Part shown: positions 21,219 through 30,841 of the stretch, piece after piece
Position numbering within the stretch: position 1 is the first letter of the stretch
Layout of the letters: every line of letters begins with the position of its first letter
DNA from: an uncultured Gemmatimonadaceae bacterium
GTDB taxonomy: Bacteria; Gemmatimonadota; Gemmatimonadetes; Gemmatimonadales; Gemmatimonadaceae
Assembly (NCBI GenBank): GCA_963761305.1
Contig: CAVXGK010000002.1
Coordinates: 3,355,431-3,419,430, forward strand
Length of the DNA: 64,000 bases
Direction: 5' to 3'
The notes under the pieces: model-generated
Seen by the model: only the letters and a program-made list of their open reading frames with translations
The model's database searches: none
What the model was told of the DNA's origin: nothing
Translations under genes and position numbers: made by a program

Positions 21219-21408
21219 CGCAATCAGTTCACGCGCCCGAGCCGCAATCAGTTCACGGGCCCGGGCTGTCGTTGCGCAACCGAGCTGTCCTTCACGCGCC
21301 CGAGCCGCCCGGGGTCATTCCGCGCGACCGCTCGCAGTATTGCCGATACTGCCCGGCAATACTGCAACGGCTCGCGCTCCAGACCCCGGGCCGTCTCGGG
21401 CGCTGCCT
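21219..21408 (+). repeat. hairpin element copy 6 (arm A 21292-21408 with upstream reiterations)
   Basis: Full arm A; TTCACGCGCCCG-like units repeated at 21228 and 21252. Confidence 0.9.
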
Positions 21409-21419
21409 CGGTGCGCTGG

Positions 21420-21663
21420 GGCTCGCGTTGGGGGCGGCGGGGGCGTTCGACGCTGTACTGACGCGCGGCCGCGCGCACGAGGAAGCGAAGCGGGTCTCGA
21501 GTGTGAATCGTGTCAGACGCCCGCGCCGCAGAGCGGCGATCCGAGACCGATCGGTGCCGAGCAGGTCGGCGAGGTCGTTGCCGTTCGCCGTGGCGCAAAA
21601 CCTCGGCGAGGTGCGCGGCTGCCTCGTGCTTGAGCGCGGGAATCGGGTCGATTCGGGCGGCAT
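21420..21663 (-). CDS. XRE-family (HTH_37-like) regulator, copy 1, frameshifted
   Basis: DPIPALKHEAAAHLAEVLR / GNDLADLLGTDRSRIAALRRGRLTRFTLE; paralogue of 39981..40247. Confidence 0.75.
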
Positions 21664-21720
21664 TCCAGCAGCATACGATCGCGCGCCAACGAGGGCGCAA
21701 CCGATCGCGCGCCCGCCAAG

Positions 21721-22123
21721 TCATTCACGCGCCTGAGCTGTCACTTGCGCGCCTGAGTTGTCACTCACGCGCCTGAGCTGTCACTCACGCGCCCGAGCCG
21801 CCCGGGGTCGTTCCGCGCGACCGACATGAGTATTGCCGGCGCGCCCGGCAAGACTGCAACGGCTCGCGCTCCAGACCCCGGGCCGTCGTGGGCGCTGCCG
21901 CCGCGTGCGCGTGAACTCCGCCTGGTGCGCAAGCGCGTGGCCGTCCTGCGGCCGCGTGCATCCGCGCGGCGACGCGACCCCACCGACTCGCGCTCGCAGT
22001 CTGTCGTTGCCGATTCGAGTGGGCGAGCGGGTGGGGCTGTCCGGAGCGGAGCCGTTGCAGTATTGCCAGGCAGTATCGGCAATACTGCAAGCGGTCCGCG
22101 GAGGACAGCCCCACCCCGAGCCC
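21721..22123 (+). repeat. hairpin element copy 7 (20-nt tandem units + diverged arm A + arm B)
   Basis: (TCACGCGCCTGAGCTGTCAC)n from 21725; arm A from 21785; arm B 22023-22123. Confidence 0.9.
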
Positions 22124-22127
22124 ACGC

Positions 22128-22562
22128 GTGAGCGGAGGACAGTGCCACCTCGAGCATCGACCCCGAGCCGGTGCTGACGACGCCCGCGCGCAGCCGAGTG
22201 CGTCGCAGAGCCGACCGTCGTTGGACTCCCTCCTCTCCGCCGCCGACCGCGCGCTCCCCGGCGCGCCGACGCGCCGAGTGGTTCTCGCGTTCGGACCGCG
22301 CTCGCCGGTGCAGGTGGAGAAGGAAGGGGCGCATGGCGTCGGCCGAAGCACGGTCTTCCTGGATCAGTACAGCGGGGCGGTTCTGCGTGTTGACGATTTC
22401 AGCCGCGCCTCGCGCGCCTACCGAGCCCACATGATCGATCAGGCCGTGCACATGGGAACGGCGTTCAGTCTCCCCGTCCACATCGCGTTCTCGTTGGCCG
22501 GAGTGGCGCTCGTGCTCATGGTCGCCACGGGCACGCTGATTTGGTGGCGCAGGGGGGAATGA
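22128..22562 (+). pseudogene. PepSY-associated TM helix protein, C-terminal half only
   Basis: VFLDQYSGAVL..AVHMG...VATGTLIWWRR; N-terminal TM half absent; begins right after arm B. Confidence 0.75.
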
Positions 22563-22610
22563 TCAGTCGTCAACTTTCGGCTTGGCGAAGATCGGGATTG
22601 CTTCGATCAA

Positions 22611-22690
22611 TCACGCGCCCGAGCCGCGCGGGGTCGTTCCGCGCGGGGTCGTTCCGCGCGGTCCGCGGTGGACAGTCCCACTCCGAGCCC
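22611..22690 (+). repeat. hairpin element copy 8 (A start fused to B end; interior deleted)
   Basis: TCACGCGCCCGAGCC..GTCGTTCCGCGCG|GTCCGCGGTGGACAGTCCCACTCCGAGCCC. Confidence 0.85.
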
Positions 22691-22710
22691 GCGGGTCCGC
22701 GCCGAGGACA

Positions 22711-23232
22711 TTACAGTGGGAACACGGCGTCGACCGCTCGTCGAAATGATGGAGGATCGATGGCGGGGTACCGGTACAACTCGGGCTCGATGCGCGCGAA
22801 CATATCGCGAACCTGGGGACCGGTGATCAGGCCGTGCGCGAGCATTTGACGCACGTCGTCCAGGTCGCGACCGTGACCACGTTCGATCTTGGCCAGCGCT
22901 TGCGCCACGAAGTCGTAATGGCGAAAGGTGACGCGGCCAAGGCGCTTGATGATCGGACTCCGCGCTTCCCACCCGGCCGGCACCGGAATGAAATGCTCCG
23001 GCGAGGCGAGCTCCACGTTCACGTCCAGCGTTTCCTTGAGCAAGGGAATCGCCCGCAACATCGCGTCGGATTCGGGTTGCATGACGAGGTCGATGTCGAC
23101 CGTCGCGTCCCGCCAGCCGACAAGGACGGCCGATGTCCCTCCAACGAGAAACACCTCTGTGTCGCTCGGCGCCGCGCGGCTCAGGCCCAAGAGAAATGCC
23201 TCGATGCGCTCTCGAGTCGCTAGGTCGCGCAC
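22711..23232 (-). CDS. nucleotidyltransferase (DUF6036-like), putative TA component
   Basis: LVGGTSAVLVGWRDATVDIDL; KIERGHGRDLDD. Confidence 0.85.
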   Translation of the reverse strand: MRDLATRERIEAFLLGLSRAAPSDTEVFLVGGTSAVLVGWRDATVDIDLVMQPESDAMLRAIPLLKETLDVNVELASPEHFIPVPAGWEARSPIIKRLGRVTFRHYDFVAQALAKIERGHGRDLDDVRQMLAHGLITGPQVRDMFARIEPELYRYPAIDPPSFRRAVDAVFPL

Positions 23233-23504
23233 GCGGCCGCTCGCTGAAAGCTCACGATGCGGCGCACGAGCGCATTGTACCGATCGTGTGCGCCGGCGCC
23301 GTGGTCGAGGGCCAGCCGGCGATACAGTCGCAGCTCCGGATCGACAAGCGGTGCCGGCACGTCGAACCCCAACGCGCGAAGGCGCGGGGCCGCCATGGAA
23401 ACGAGCAATGATTCGACGGACTCGACACCGGCACGCAAGTCGTGCAGGCCCCGCTCGACCAGGTCGGCGCCGGGAAGGTTTCTCATCCGCATTGGCGCGG
23501 TCAT
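23220..23504 (-). CDS. small partner protein of the nucleotidyltransferase
   Basis: LPGADLVERGLHDL..LLVSMAAPRL..AHDRYNALVRRIVSF; overlaps the NTase start. Confidence 0.75.
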   Translation of the reverse strand: MTAPMRMRNLPGADLVERGLHDLRAGVESVESLLVSMAAPRLRALGFDVPAPLVDPELRLYRRLALDHGAGAHDRYNALVRRIVSFQRAAACAT

Positions 23505-23560
23505 GCCGCCTAAAATGCAGCGGGGCCCGCGCCAAAGCGACTCGCCCTCGGCCAACCCGT

Positions 23561-24118
23561 CTACCGGTCCAGCACCTCGGCAAAGTAGGCCGGCACGTCG
23601 AGCACGAACGGTGTCGAGGCAGCCTCCGGCGTCCACTCGAATTGCGCATCGAGCACGTCGACGCGGGAATCCGCCGGCGTCGATTGCTCGAACGTTCGCG
23701 AATCGAGATCGACGATCCAGAACTCCGCGACGCCCTCTTCGCGATACAAGGCGCGCTTCTCGACGCGGTCTTGTCGAGCGGTACTCGGCGACAACACTTC
23801 CATCGCGAGGAGCAGCCGCTTCGCCTCGCCGAATGAGCGGGGACGGCGACCGTCGACGAGGGGCACGACGAACACGTCCGGCTGAACGAGGCGCTCGGGT
23901 GAGAACACGACATCCGCCGGCGCCATGAGCGCGTAGCCGATCCGCTCTCGGTCCAGGTACTCGGCGAGTCGCCGGTGCAGGATCGCGACGGCCGCCTGAT
24001 GGTCGTAGGACGGCGACGGCGTCACGAACAGCTCGCCGTCGATGACCTCGTACCGCTGGCCGTCGTCGGGCAGGTCCTGGAGGTCGTTCACGGTCCATTG
24101 CCGTCTGAATGCGGGCAT
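23561..24118 (-). CDS. Uma2 family endonuclease, copy 2
   Basis: Same motifs as copy 1 (QPDVFVV, MEVLSP, EFWIVD). Confidence 0.95.
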   Translation of the reverse strand: MPAFRRQWTVNDLQDLPDDGQRYEVIDGELFVTPSPSYDHQAAVAILHRRLAEYLDRERIGYALMAPADVVFSPERLVQPDVFVVPLVDGRRPRSFGEAKRLLLAMEVLSPSTARQDRVEKRALYREEGVAEFWIVDLDSRTFEQSTPADSRVDVLDAQFEWTPEAASTPFVLDVPAYFAEVLDR

Positions 24119-24235
24119 GAGCATACGATAGGCAACTCGGCGCCGAGTGAGCAAGCGAGCACGAGCCAACGCTACATGGGAGCGACGGCGGGGACGTCAT
24201 CGTCGTCTTGCCGTCGCAACCAATCCATTCGGGCG

Positions 24236-24528
24236 CACGCGCTCGAGGTGTCATTCACACGCTCGAGGTGTCATTCACGCGCCCGAGCCGCCCGGGGTCG
24301 TTCCGCGCGACCGCTCGCAGTATTGCCGATACTGCCGGCAATACTGCAACGGCTCGCGCTCCAGACCCCGGGCCGTCTCGGGCGCTGCCTCCGTGTGCGT
24401 GCGCGTGCGTGTGCGCGGTGAGCCTGACCCGAGCACGACACGAGCGCGACACGCAGCGACGCGCGCTCGCAGTCAGTCGTTCGCCGATTCGAGTGGGCGA
24501 GCGGGTGGGACAGTCCCACTCCGAGCCC
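24236..24528 (+). repeat. hairpin element copy 9 (20-nt tandem x2, arm A from 24275, arm B internally deleted)
   Basis: (CACGCTCGAGGTGTCATTCA)x2; arm B reduced to GCGAGCGGGTGGGACAGTCCCACTCCGAGCCC. Confidence 0.9.
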
Positions 24529-24648
24529 TCGGGCCCGCGGATCCGCGCGTGAGGAACGGATCGGCGTGGCGGCTGGTTCATGACGTCCAGCAGCATCGCC
24601 GTCGTGTACTCGGCTTCGGCCTCTTCCCAGCTGGCCAAAACCATGGTG

Positions 24649-25294
24649 TCAACTCAGCGAGAACGGCGGATACTCGTCGTGCAGCAACAGGAGGTACGCC
24701 TCCACGCGCGTGCTCCAGCGCAGCGCGCCGACGCCGAAGTTGTAGAGCGATGCCGGGAATTCGCCGGTCAGAATGATCATGACCCACGCGATGAGCGTCG
24801 TGATCGCCCACGCGACGCCGATAAACCACAGGGCGATGAACTGCGGTATGAGCAGGATGATTCGAAACGCCACGGACAACCGATTGCGCGCCCCGGCGGG
24901 AGACGTCGAACTGGAGCGATGCCGGATACTCGGCGTCGCCGAATGGCGGATACTCGTCGCGGAGCAAGGCGAAGTAGGCGGCGGCGCGGACGCGCCAGCG
25001 TAGATAGTAGAGCGCGAGACTGCGAAGGCCCGCGGGATACTCTCCGCCGAACACGATCGCAAACCACGCGATGAGTGCGCAGACTCCCGCGACGGCGCCG
25101 AGCACTCCGGGCGTCGCGCCCCACTGGGCGGTCGGCTGGCTAGACGAGCGCCACGCGATCGTCAAACCAAACGTGAGGGGTGTGCCGACGAGCAGGAGAT
25201 GCGGGATCGCCAGAATGGGCCGAAACGCAACCGTGAGGCGGTTTCGACCGGTCAGCGCCGGCGCGACGGAGACATCGACGACATGGTCAGGCAT
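24649..25294 (-). CDS. DUF4389 domain membrane protein, copy 1 (frameshift near 24905)
   Basis: RNRLTVAFRPILAIPH..LLRDEYPPF repeated twice. Confidence 0.85.
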
Positions 25295-25365
25295 CGTCAG
25301 AACTTACCGCACTATGCGTGCAACGGGCGCTTCTGTTCAAGCGCCGGCGGTCGTACCTTCGCGAC

Positions 25366-26887
25366 ATGCGCCCACGATTCCTTCGAACTCTGCTGTCGAC
25401 GTCCGCCATCCTGCTCCCGCTCACCGCCGCATTCCTCGGCGCGCAGCGATCCTCGGCGGCCGCTGATCTCGATGCGACAGTCGCGCGCGTCATGGCCGAG
25501 CAGCACGTCGTCGGCGCGTCGGTGCTTGTCGCGAAAGACGGGCGTGTCCTCCTGCACAAGGGCTACGGCCTCGCCGACCTCGGCCTCGACGTGCCGACGA
25601 AAGACGAGACGGTCTACCATATAGTAGGCCCGATGCTGCCGTTCACCGGCGTCGCCGTGATGCAGCTCGTCGAGCGGAAGAAGCTGGCGCTCGACGACGA
25701 CATCTCGAAATACATTCCCGAGTTCCCGATGCAGGGCCGGCACGTCACCGTGCGCCAGCTTCTCGACCACACGTCGGGAATCGTCGACTACCACTACCTC
25801 GGCGACCCGATCGAAGCGACGAGCCGGCAGCCCAAGGCGCTCGATGAAGTGATGGCACTCTACGCCGGGAAAAAGTGGGTGAACGAGCCCGGCGCCAAAT
25901 GGGACTGGTCGATCTCCGGCTTCCAACTGCTCGTGACAATCGTCGAGCGCCTTTCGGGGCAGTCGTTCGCCGAGTACGTGCAACGGAATCTGTTCGAGCC
26001 GGCCGGCCTCCAGCACACGAGCTACTGCGACGATTACAGCCTCGTCAAGGGACTCTCGCACGCCTACCGGAGAAGTCGGGAACGGCTTCGTGGCGGCGAA
26101 CGAGAACGACATGGCGTACAACGCGGACCTGCGCATCTGCAGCACCGTCGGCGATTTCTACAAACTGTGGACCGCGCTGGCCAACCACACGCTGCTCCGC
26201 GCCGAGTCGTTCACGATGATGCAGACAGCGAGCGGCGCGGCGGCGCACATGAGTCCGAGCGATCCACAGGCGCAGTACGGCCTCGCCTTGACGATCAATC
26301 ACGAAGACGCGCATCGCCGCTACGGCCAGCACGGCTCACTGTTCGGCTATAGCGGGAGTCTGTACGAGTTTCCCGAGGACCATCTCACGATCGTCGTCCT
26401 CAGCAACACCGAGGGGCAGAACGCGTACGCGATCACGCGAGCGCTGTCGCGTCAGGTCCTCGGGCTACCGGCGCTGCCGCCGGCGCCGGCGGTCGCGCTC
26501 TCGTCGGCATCGCGTCCGCTCGACGACGTTCCGCTGGCGCCGGGCGAGCTGCGGCAGTTGGAAGGGACGTTCGTGCTCGCGCCCGATCGCGTGTCATCGG
26601 ATCTTCACGACTCGTACGCGCAATACCGGCGCACCGTGCGCGTGTTCGACGAGAATGGGCGGCTGATGATCCAGACGCTTGGCGAGGGACCGGAGCGGCT
26701 GCTCAAGCAGCGAGACGGAACCTTCGCGCGCCGCTCGGCGCCGGGGGCGGGGGCGGGGGCGGCGGTGACGATCGTGGTGGAGGGCGGCACGGCGACAACG
26801 CTCAAGATCGGGTCGGCGTCGTTGCCGTTGTCGGGGCGTCGGGTCGGGCCAGGCGATCCGGCCACGTTTCACGCCCAGCTGAAGTGA
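25366..26887 (+). CDS. beta-lactamase-fold (serine hydrolase family) protein with degenerate catalytic motifs (frameshift near 26075)
   Basis: KGYGLAD, LDDDISKYIPEF, VTVRQLLDHTSG, HGS..GY present; SxxK and YxN positions replaced. Confidence 0.85.
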
Positions 26888-27357
26888 TCGCGTCGCAGTA
26901 GTAAGTGCGGGGGATCAGAAAGCGGTGGCGATCGAACATTTCTTGGTGGCGATGCGTCACCGGACGGTGGCGATGGGTTCGGGCGACGGTCCCATCGATC
27001 TCAGCACCGCGACCGGTAAGGCCGGCGATGGTGGCGATGACCTTCGCGAGCGGTCAGCTCATCTCTCGGCCGGTGGCATCCGACACATCGAGTGGTTCCG
27101 ATCATCCGCGCGGCGGTGGCGGTGCACGATGTATGGTGGCCGATGTCGGCTGTTACGGAGCCACAAGCTCCCAGCGCGTGCTCCGATCGGGAACCACAAT
27201 GGTTCCGGTCAACTCAGCGGCCGGCCCGGTGATCTCATCGCTGGTGACGACGACCCGCGCGATGGTGGCGATCGGTTGTGCGAGCGGAGAGAGTCGGCTC
27301 GGCGATGTCGGCACTCGCCTATGCAGTGTGGCCAATTCGTTCGCACCAGCGACACGG

Positions 27358-27455
27358 TGAACTCCGCAGTGGTGCGACTGAACTCCGCAGTGGTGCGACT
27401 GAACTCCGCGGTGGTGCGACTGAACTCGGCGGTGATGCCACTGAACTCTGCGGTG
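27358..27455 (+). repeat. 21-bp tandem repeat, about 4.7 units
   Basis: TGAACTCCGCAGTGGTGCGAC units at 27358, 27379, 27400, 27421, 27442. Confidence 0.9.
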
Positions 27456-28070
27456 CGGTACGGTAATCCGCGCGGTGTTTCCGATGAACTCTTCACGTCG
27501 GCCAGTCGCCTCGGGCGATGCGACCGATGACTTCATGCAATGTGGGCGATGATCGCTTCGCTGGTGGCGGTCGTGTGTGTCGAGCCGAAAAGTCAGCTCG
27601 TCGTTGCGAACGATCGATTCTTCGCTGGTGGCGGTGAAATTCGGGTTGGTGGCGGTCGATTGATCGATGAGACAAGTCCGATGCTCGAACAGGCATGTCC
27701 GCCGCGGCGAGGCAACTGCTGAATTAGCGTCTTAATCCGAACCGACGACGGATGAGACGAGGGCGGTGCTCGCGCGTTCCGACCGAATGTCCGTGCCGGA
27801 ACGGGTCGGAGGACGCATACGAAAGGTCGGCTGACGGGTTGCGACCGCTGCGGTGGCGACCCGTTCGATGCGCTGATCGTCGCAACCGGTATCGGTGACC
27901 ACGACGCGCGCTGCCGCGGCAATGAATCGATCGTTGGCGGCCACTTTCGATGATGCACTCCTCGTTGAGTTCCATATCGGTGATAGCGACCAAGCGAGTG
28001 CGTCAACCGGCCTCTATCGCACCGGGGCCGCGGGCGCTGCTCACTCGAGCCGGCTCCTCCTTGAATACAT

Positions 28071-28436
28071 ATGGTACAAGGTCCTATACTATCTCCTGTC
28101 GACGACCGGTATCTCGAGTTCGTCCACCTCCACACCTATCGCCGGTCAACGGCAAAGCTGCTCGACGAGCACGGACAACGGGCCATCGAAAAAGCATTGC
28201 TCCAGGATCCGGAAGCGGGTGAGGTCATTGCCGGTACGGGTGGAGTGCGAAAGCTTCGTTTCGGTTTTCGGGGACGAGGCAAGCGTGGCGGAGTGCGGCT
28301 GATCTATTACTACAGGTCAGCCAAAGGCCGCGTTTACTTGATTCTCATGTACCCCAAGGCGCGCAAAGAAGACCTGACAGCGGCCGAGTGCGCGACCATG
28401 AAGACTCTGACGGCGGAAATCGAGAGGGAACCGTGA
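28071..28436 (+). CDS. type II TA toxin, RelE/HigB family
   Basis: PEAGEVIAGTGGVRKLR..GRGKRGGVRLIYYY. Confidence 0.9.
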   Translation: MVQGPILSPVDDRYLEFVHLHTYRRSTAKLLDEHGQRAIEKALLQDPEAGEVIAGTGGVRKLRFGFRGRGKRGGVRLIYYYRSAKGRVYLILMYPKARKEDLTAAECATMKTLTAEIEREP

Positions 28437-28864
28437 AGAAGCGTGCGAAAGGGCGAAGCCTCGGCGAAGAAATCATTGCCGGACTGAGAGAGGCGGTCGC
28501 CTATGAGCGCGGGGAACGGAAGACAGTCAAAGTGACGCGCGCGACATTGGCATCGCAAAGCGCCGAGGTGATCCCTGCCTCGTCGTTTGAACCACGGAGC
28601 ATCGCGTCGCTGCGGGAGCGTCTCCAACTTTCGCAACCGGTCTTCGCGGCAGCGCTCAACGTGAGCGCCGAAACAGTCAAGAAGTGGGAGCAAGGAACTC
28701 GCGAGCCGGACGGCGCCGCTCTCCGCCTCCTCGAGATCACGGATGCTCACCCGGAGTGGATCATTGGTCGGATCGCATCCACGGCGGCGCCGGCCAAGAG
28801 GGATCGCGGCCGCCGGAGCAACCCGGCAAAGAGATCACCGAAATGGGGACGGAAAGCGTCGTGA
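28433..28864 (+). CDS. type II TA antitoxin, HTH XRE
   Basis: LRERLQLSQPVFAAALNVSAETVKKWEQGTREP; GTGA overlap with the toxin. Confidence 0.9.
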   Translation: MKKRAKGRSLGEEIIAGLREAVAYERGERKTVKVTRATLASQSAEVIPASSFEPRSIASLRERLQLSQPVFAAALNVSAETVKKWEQGTREPDGAALRLLEITDAHPEWIIGRIASTAAPAKRDRGRRSNPAKRSPKWGRKAS

Positions 28865-28888
28865 ACGGCGAGGCTGAAGGGACGGCGG

Positions 28889-29200
28889 TTAGCCCGCGCG
28901 TTTCAGTGGCTTGATCTGCGCATGCTCTCGCGCGGCGGGGCCATGCGACGCGTGATAGAGATCCCACGCGAGCTGGAGGTTGAGCCAGAACTGCGCTTCG
29001 ACCCCGAACAGTCGCTCGAGCCGGAGAGCAGTGTCGGGCGTCATGTCCCGCTTGCCGTGGACCAGCTCATTCACCCGCGGATAGGAGACCCCGAGGCGTT
29101 CCGCCAACGCCGTTTGCGACAGGGCGAGCGGCTTCAGGAATTCCTCGAGCAGCATCTCGCCCGGATGAGTGGGCGGCCGATCAGTCGGAATGCGTACCAT
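28889..29200 (-). CDS. higA: HigA family antitoxin
   Basis: PTHPGEMLLEEFL..TPDTALRL..FWLNLQ. Confidence 0.95.
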   Translation of the reverse strand: MVRIPTDRPPTHPGEMLLEEFLKPLALSQTALAERLGVSYPRVNELVHGKRDMTPDTALRLERLFGVEAQFWLNLQLAWDLYHASHGPAAREHAQIKPLKRAG

Positions 29201-29217
29201 AGGTGGCTGCCATCCCT

Positions 29218-29511
29218 CTAGCGATAGTCGATAATCTCGACGTCGCCGGGTCCCTCAGCGGACCAGGCGAAACAGATCCGAAATTGATCGTTGACTCGAA
29301 TGCTGTATTGGCCTCGCCGATCGCCCTTGAGCGCCTCGAGCTGATTGCCCGGTGGCACCCGCAGCGCCTCGAGTGACACGGTGGCGTCGAGCTGATCCAG
29401 TTTTCGACGCGCGATGGCCCAAAGTGTGTTCGGACAACAGCGCCGAGCCGCGCGCGAATCGACGCCGTTGAAGACGTCCTCCGTGCCCCGATCGGCGAAC
29501 GAGCGGATCAC
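29218..29511 (-). CDS. higB: HigB (RelE/ParE) toxin
   Basis: MIRSF..LRVPPGNQLEALKGDRRGQYSIRVNDQFRICF. Confidence 0.95.
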   Translation of the reverse strand: MIRSFADRGTEDVFNGVDSRAARRCCPNTLWAIARRKLDQLDATVSLEALRVPPGNQLEALKGDRRGQYSIRVNDQFRICFAWSAEGPGDVEIIDYR

Positions 29512-29619
29512 GCGGTTGGAGCCGGGAGGGACATGTCAGAATATAACGGCCACCGTTATACGTAGCAAACAGAGGGCCTGGCGCGTCGTCGAGAGCGTGT
29601 ATGCCTTGGCTGGCAATCT

Positions 29620-29672
29620 GATCGGGATTGTTGTACCAACAGAGACTCAGGCGTCAGCGACAGGCGTCAGCA
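29620..29672 (+). repeat. second dispersed repeat (~55 bp); further copies at 30743-30800 and 31121-31178
   Basis: GATCGGGAT..GT.C.AA..GAGACTC.GGCGTCAGCGACAGGCG.CAGCA seen three times in direct orientation. Confidence 0.8.
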
Positions 29673-29779
29673 GAGGCGGCGCAGCTGCCGCGGTGGCGAA
29701 AGGAGTTGGGGTTGACACTTCTGCCCAGTCGCCGTCCACCGTAGCTTGGCGGCATGCGCCCAAGAGCGGTGTTTCGAGT

Positions 29780-30010
29780 GTGATCCGGCGGAGCGATACG
29801 GCGCCCGACGCGGCTGCGATTCAGTCGCGGGTCATCGAGCGGCTGACCGTGGAGCAGCGCTTGGAGCTCGCGTTCGAGATGAGCCAGATGGCGCGGGCGC
29901 TTGCGCGGGCGCGGCTGCGCGAGGAACACGCCGATTGGGGCGAGCGCGATCTCGATCGAGAGTTGCTCCGATTGGCTTTTCTGCCTGACGATCTGCCGCC
30001 GGGCTTGTAG
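29780..30010 (+). CDS. small helical protein, putative antitoxin partner of the downstream NTase
   Basis: SDTAPDAAAIQ..LTVEQRLELAFEMS; abuts the NTase. Confidence 0.65.
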   Translation: MIRRSDTAPDAAAIQSRVIERLTVEQRLELAFEMSQMARALARARLREEHADWGERDLDRELLRLAFLPDDLPPGL

Positions 30011-30574
30011 GTGACTGGGGGCACCTTGCTCCGACGGATTGTCGGTGCGCTCGATCGAGCGGACATTCCTCACATGCTCACGGGATCGTTCGCGAGCTCG
30101 GCCCACGGGCACCTTCGAGCGACTCGCGACATCGATTTCGTGATCGAGGCCGATGCCGATCGCCTGCGGACGTTCGCTCGATCCCTGCCCGCTGAGGAAT
30201 ACTACGTCGATGAGGACGCCGCGCTCCAAGCGCTTCGCGACGAGGGACAGTTCAACGTCATCGACCTTGGCACCGGTTGGAAGGTCGACCTCATCATCCG
30301 GAAGCATCGCCCGTTCAGCATCGAGGAGTTCACACGCCGACAGCCCGCCAACGTCGACGGGACGCAACTCTCCGTCGCATCCGTCGAGGACGTCATCATT
30401 GCGAAGCTCGAGTGGGCGCGACTCGGTGATTCGGCGAGACAACTCGAAGACGTCGTGGCCCTGCTGCGCCTGCGTGGAAAGCTGGTCGACGACGCGTACA
30501 TCGACATGTGGACAAAGACGCTTGGCCTTGGCGAGCAATGGACCGAGGCACGCAGGCGCGCTTCCGCGTCCTGA
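30011..30574 (+). CDS. nucleotidyltransferase family protein
   Basis: MLTGSFASSAHG..RATRDIDFV; EDVIIAKLEW. Confidence 0.85.
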   Translation: MTGGTLLRRIVGALDRADIPHMLTGSFASSAHGHLRATRDIDFVIEADADRLRTFARSLPAEEYYVDEDAALQALRDEGQFNVIDLGTGWKVDLIIRKHRPFSIEEFTRRQPANVDGTQLSVASVEDVIIAKLEWARLGDSARQLEDVVALLRLRGKLVDDAYIDMWTKTLGLGEQWTEARRRASAS

Positions 30575-30594
30575 CCGAATAGTTGCGACGGGCA

Positions 30595-30680
30595 CTACCG
30601 GTCCAGCACCTCGGTGAAATAGGCCGGCACATCGAGCACGAACGGTGTGTAGGAGGTGTCATTCACGCGCTCGAGGTGTC
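30595..30680 (-). pseudogene. Uma2 3'-end fragment joined to the 20-nt element-terminal unit
   Basis: Encodes PFVLDVPAYFTEVLDR*; followed on + by GAGGTGTCATTCACGCGCTCGAGGTGTC. Confidence 0.8.
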
Positions 30681-30841
30681 GCTGCCTCCGCGCGCGACTC
30701 GTCGCAATGGATCGACATCGCGGGCGAAACGATCGTGGCCTCGATCGGGATCGCCGTGCGAATGGAGACTCTGGGCGTCAGCGACAGGCGACAGCATCAG
30801 TCCGAAGGGCGTCTCGACGGGGGAGGGAACGTGCGACATCA

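Larger units (their letters stand above)
23554..25294 (+). repeat. segmental duplication copy 1 (Uma2 - element - M48 fragment - DUF4389)
   Basis: Near-identical to 33563..35344 with scattered substitutions. Confidence 0.95.
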
